From the NCBI GenBank assembly GCA_051362555.1, contig CM120644.1, positions 10,114,954 to 10,178,953 of the forward strand: 64,000 nt of DNA, given 5' to 3'. Under the pieces are notes generated by a model that had not been told where the DNA came from, made no database searches, and saw only the letters and a program-made list of their open reading frames with translations. This document shows, piece by piece, positions 61,891-64,000 of this stretch; position 1 is the stretch's first letter; each line of letters opens with the position of its first letter. The stretch is from Lingula anatina (taxonomy: Eukaryota; Animalia; Brachiopoda). The translations under genes were made by a program, and so were the position numbers.

Positions 61891-64000
61891 TTTTTATGTA
61901 CAGACACAGATGTGTCTGTACATATTGCCATCACCTGCGTCTGTCGTCGCCGATGCCGATGCCGATGCCGATGCCGATGCCGTCGCCGTGCACTTTCCTT
62001 GTAAACACGATAAGTGGAAGGCAGTTTCACTTTTTATTGGCTTTATATTTACAGAGCTGATGAATATTCATAAAACGCAGGTCAAGTTCGAAAATCAGCA
62101 TGATCGGGCCATTATTGTAGAAGTTATGCTGTTTTTATGTACAGACACAGATGTGTCTGTACATATTGCCATCACCTGCGTCTGTCGTCGCCGATGCCGA
62201 TGCCGATGCCGATGCCGATGCCGTCGCCGTGCACTTTCCTTGTAAACACGATAAGTGGAAGGCAGTTTTACTTTTTGGCTTTATATTTACAGAGCTGATG
62301 AATATTCATAAAACGCAGGTCAAGTTCCAAAATCAGCATGATCGGGCCATTATTGTAGAAGTTATGCTGTTTTTTCACTTTTCAGCATATATGCAACCTT
62401 GTAAACACATTTTAAGGAAAACCATTAGGCCTGTTGTCATGAAACTCACAGGAGTAATCAATCTTACTAAAACGCAGGTCAAGTTCGAAAATCAGCATGA
62501 TCGGGCCACTATTTTAGTAGTTATGCGGTTTTTTCATTGTTCAGCATATATGCAACACTGTAAACACAATATAAGAAAAACAGAAAGCCCAATTGTCATT
62601 AAACTCACAGGAATGGTCAGTCTTACTAAAACGCAGGTTAAGTTCGAAAATCAGCATAATCGGGGCATTATTTTAGAAGTTATGCTGTTTTTTCACATTT
62701 CCTCAGATTTCCTCAGATTTAATTCTTAGGCATGTTAATAGCCTTATTATTTAAGTAATAAGATACGTAAAAGTGTTTGTTTGACATTTCCTGCATCTTT
62801 ACAACATTGTTAGTTGATTATGTAAAAATGATGGTAAACTTGTTATCATGTATTGTGTAATCAAGTGTCAAAAACAGAAATAAACTCATATCATTGCAGT
62901 TTGTCAGATTCAATCATTCACTTTGTTCAGAATCTCAGAATGGAGGAAATTGGACATTTAACACTGTTGTATTGATACTTTTCTCATCTCATCAATTTTC
63001 TTAGTTGGTCATAAAAAAATGGCAGTAAAATGTTTATTTTGTTTTATGTTAAAAAAGTGTTAAAAACGGAAATAAACCCATTTCAGAACAGTGCTGTCTT
63101 GTTTACATTTTGGCATTTTCAAGATGTGACTTTGAAGTTCCATGGGCCTGAAGATCTTTGCTAGTCACATTTTCTGAATATCTGTGATACTAATATTTTA
63201 TGATTAAAAATTAATGGTCATTATGCTGTTAAACATTATGTAATATTGCATCAAAATTTGAAGAAACCCCTATTTTGGGCACTGCTCCCATGATGACCAT
63301 TTAAGGAAAATCATGTCACTTACTGTTCTCAAACTTACAGGAAAGAAACATGGGACTAAAATACAGTTTCAGTAGGCAATGCAGTCTGTTTGGTAACTTT
63401 TTCTACTGAAGCTAAACAGTTTTTTTGTGAAAATTTAATTTTTCACATGTTGGCATTTTCAAGGTGTGACTTTGAAGTTCCATGATCGTGAAGACCTTTG
63501 CTTGTCATGTTTTCTGAATGTCCATGTTACTAATATTTTCTTAATAACATTTGATGGTCATTATGCTGTTAAACATTATGTAATGTTGCATCAAAATTTG
63601 AAAAAAAAAAACTATTTTGGGCACTGCTCTTATGATGACCATTTAAGGGAAATCATGTCACTTACTGTTCTCAAACTTACAGGAAAGAAACATGGGTCTA
63701 ACATACAGCTTCAGTAGGCAATGCAGTCTGTTTGGCAAATTTTTCTGGCAATTTAACAGTTTTTTGTGAAAATTTAATTTTTCACTTCTTGGCATTTTCA
63801 AGGTGCGACTTAGAACCTCCAAGGGCTTGAAGACCCATGCTAGTCACATTTTCTGAAAATCCATGACACATATATATTATTATTAAAAATTGATGTATTA
63901 TGCTGTTAAGCATTATGTAATGTTGCATCAAAATAGAAGAAAACACAATTTTTGGTGCTTCTGCCATGATGACCATGATGGGAAAACTGTGTTACTTATG
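61891..64000 (-). mobile_element. Helentron/HINE-like family B copy 2 (reverse, runs out of window) with duplicated terminus
   Basis: T-run plus palindrome TATGTACAGACACA-GA-TGTGTCTGTACATA at 61895 and again at 62136. Then a (GCCGAT)n microsatellite, ~161-bp units, and the reverse complement of ~25860-27150 including ~340-bp units. Confidence 0.85.

Noticed and set aside
61808-62729. ORFs of 145 and 192 aa with ADADAD/CRCRCR repeats
   Set aside because: They are translations of the family B terminus, microsatellite and 161-bp units.

Overview
AT-rich, intron-rich animal genomic DNA. The repeat types suggest an invertebrate, possibly a mollusc or other lophotrochozoan, but that is inference. 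I assembled five host genes by hand from GT-AG splice sites. (1) A mannose-6-phosphate-receptor/ATG27-like sorting receptor (- strand, 3280-6685), head-to-head with (2) sterol O-acyltransferase SOAT1/ACAT (+, 7142-17924). (3) Proteasome activator PA28gamma/PSME3 (-, 22565-31210). (4) A 5-exon sulfotransferase of bacterial Stf3/Rv3529c type (+, 33230-37634). (5) A signal-peptide leucine-rich-repeat gene with an unusual triple-CPxxC N-terminus (+, 45244 to beyond 55622, 3' end not found in the window). Introns and intergenic DNA hold many DNA transposons, often nested: Helentron/HINE-like elements carrying 146-, ~162- and ~337-bp tandem arrays, a deleted pogo-like element with two derived MITEs, a decayed hAT element, a decayed Tc1, and MITEs of Harbinger/Zator, Ginger, hAT/P and 5-6-bp-TSD types. 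The most unusual observations are two independent in-frame tandem arrays of splice-donor sites in SOAT1, the intron-containing bacterial-type sulfotransferase, and the LRR protein's Cys-rich cationic N-terminus. No rRNA, tRNA or CRISPR array was found. All family assignments come from motif recognition, not database searches.
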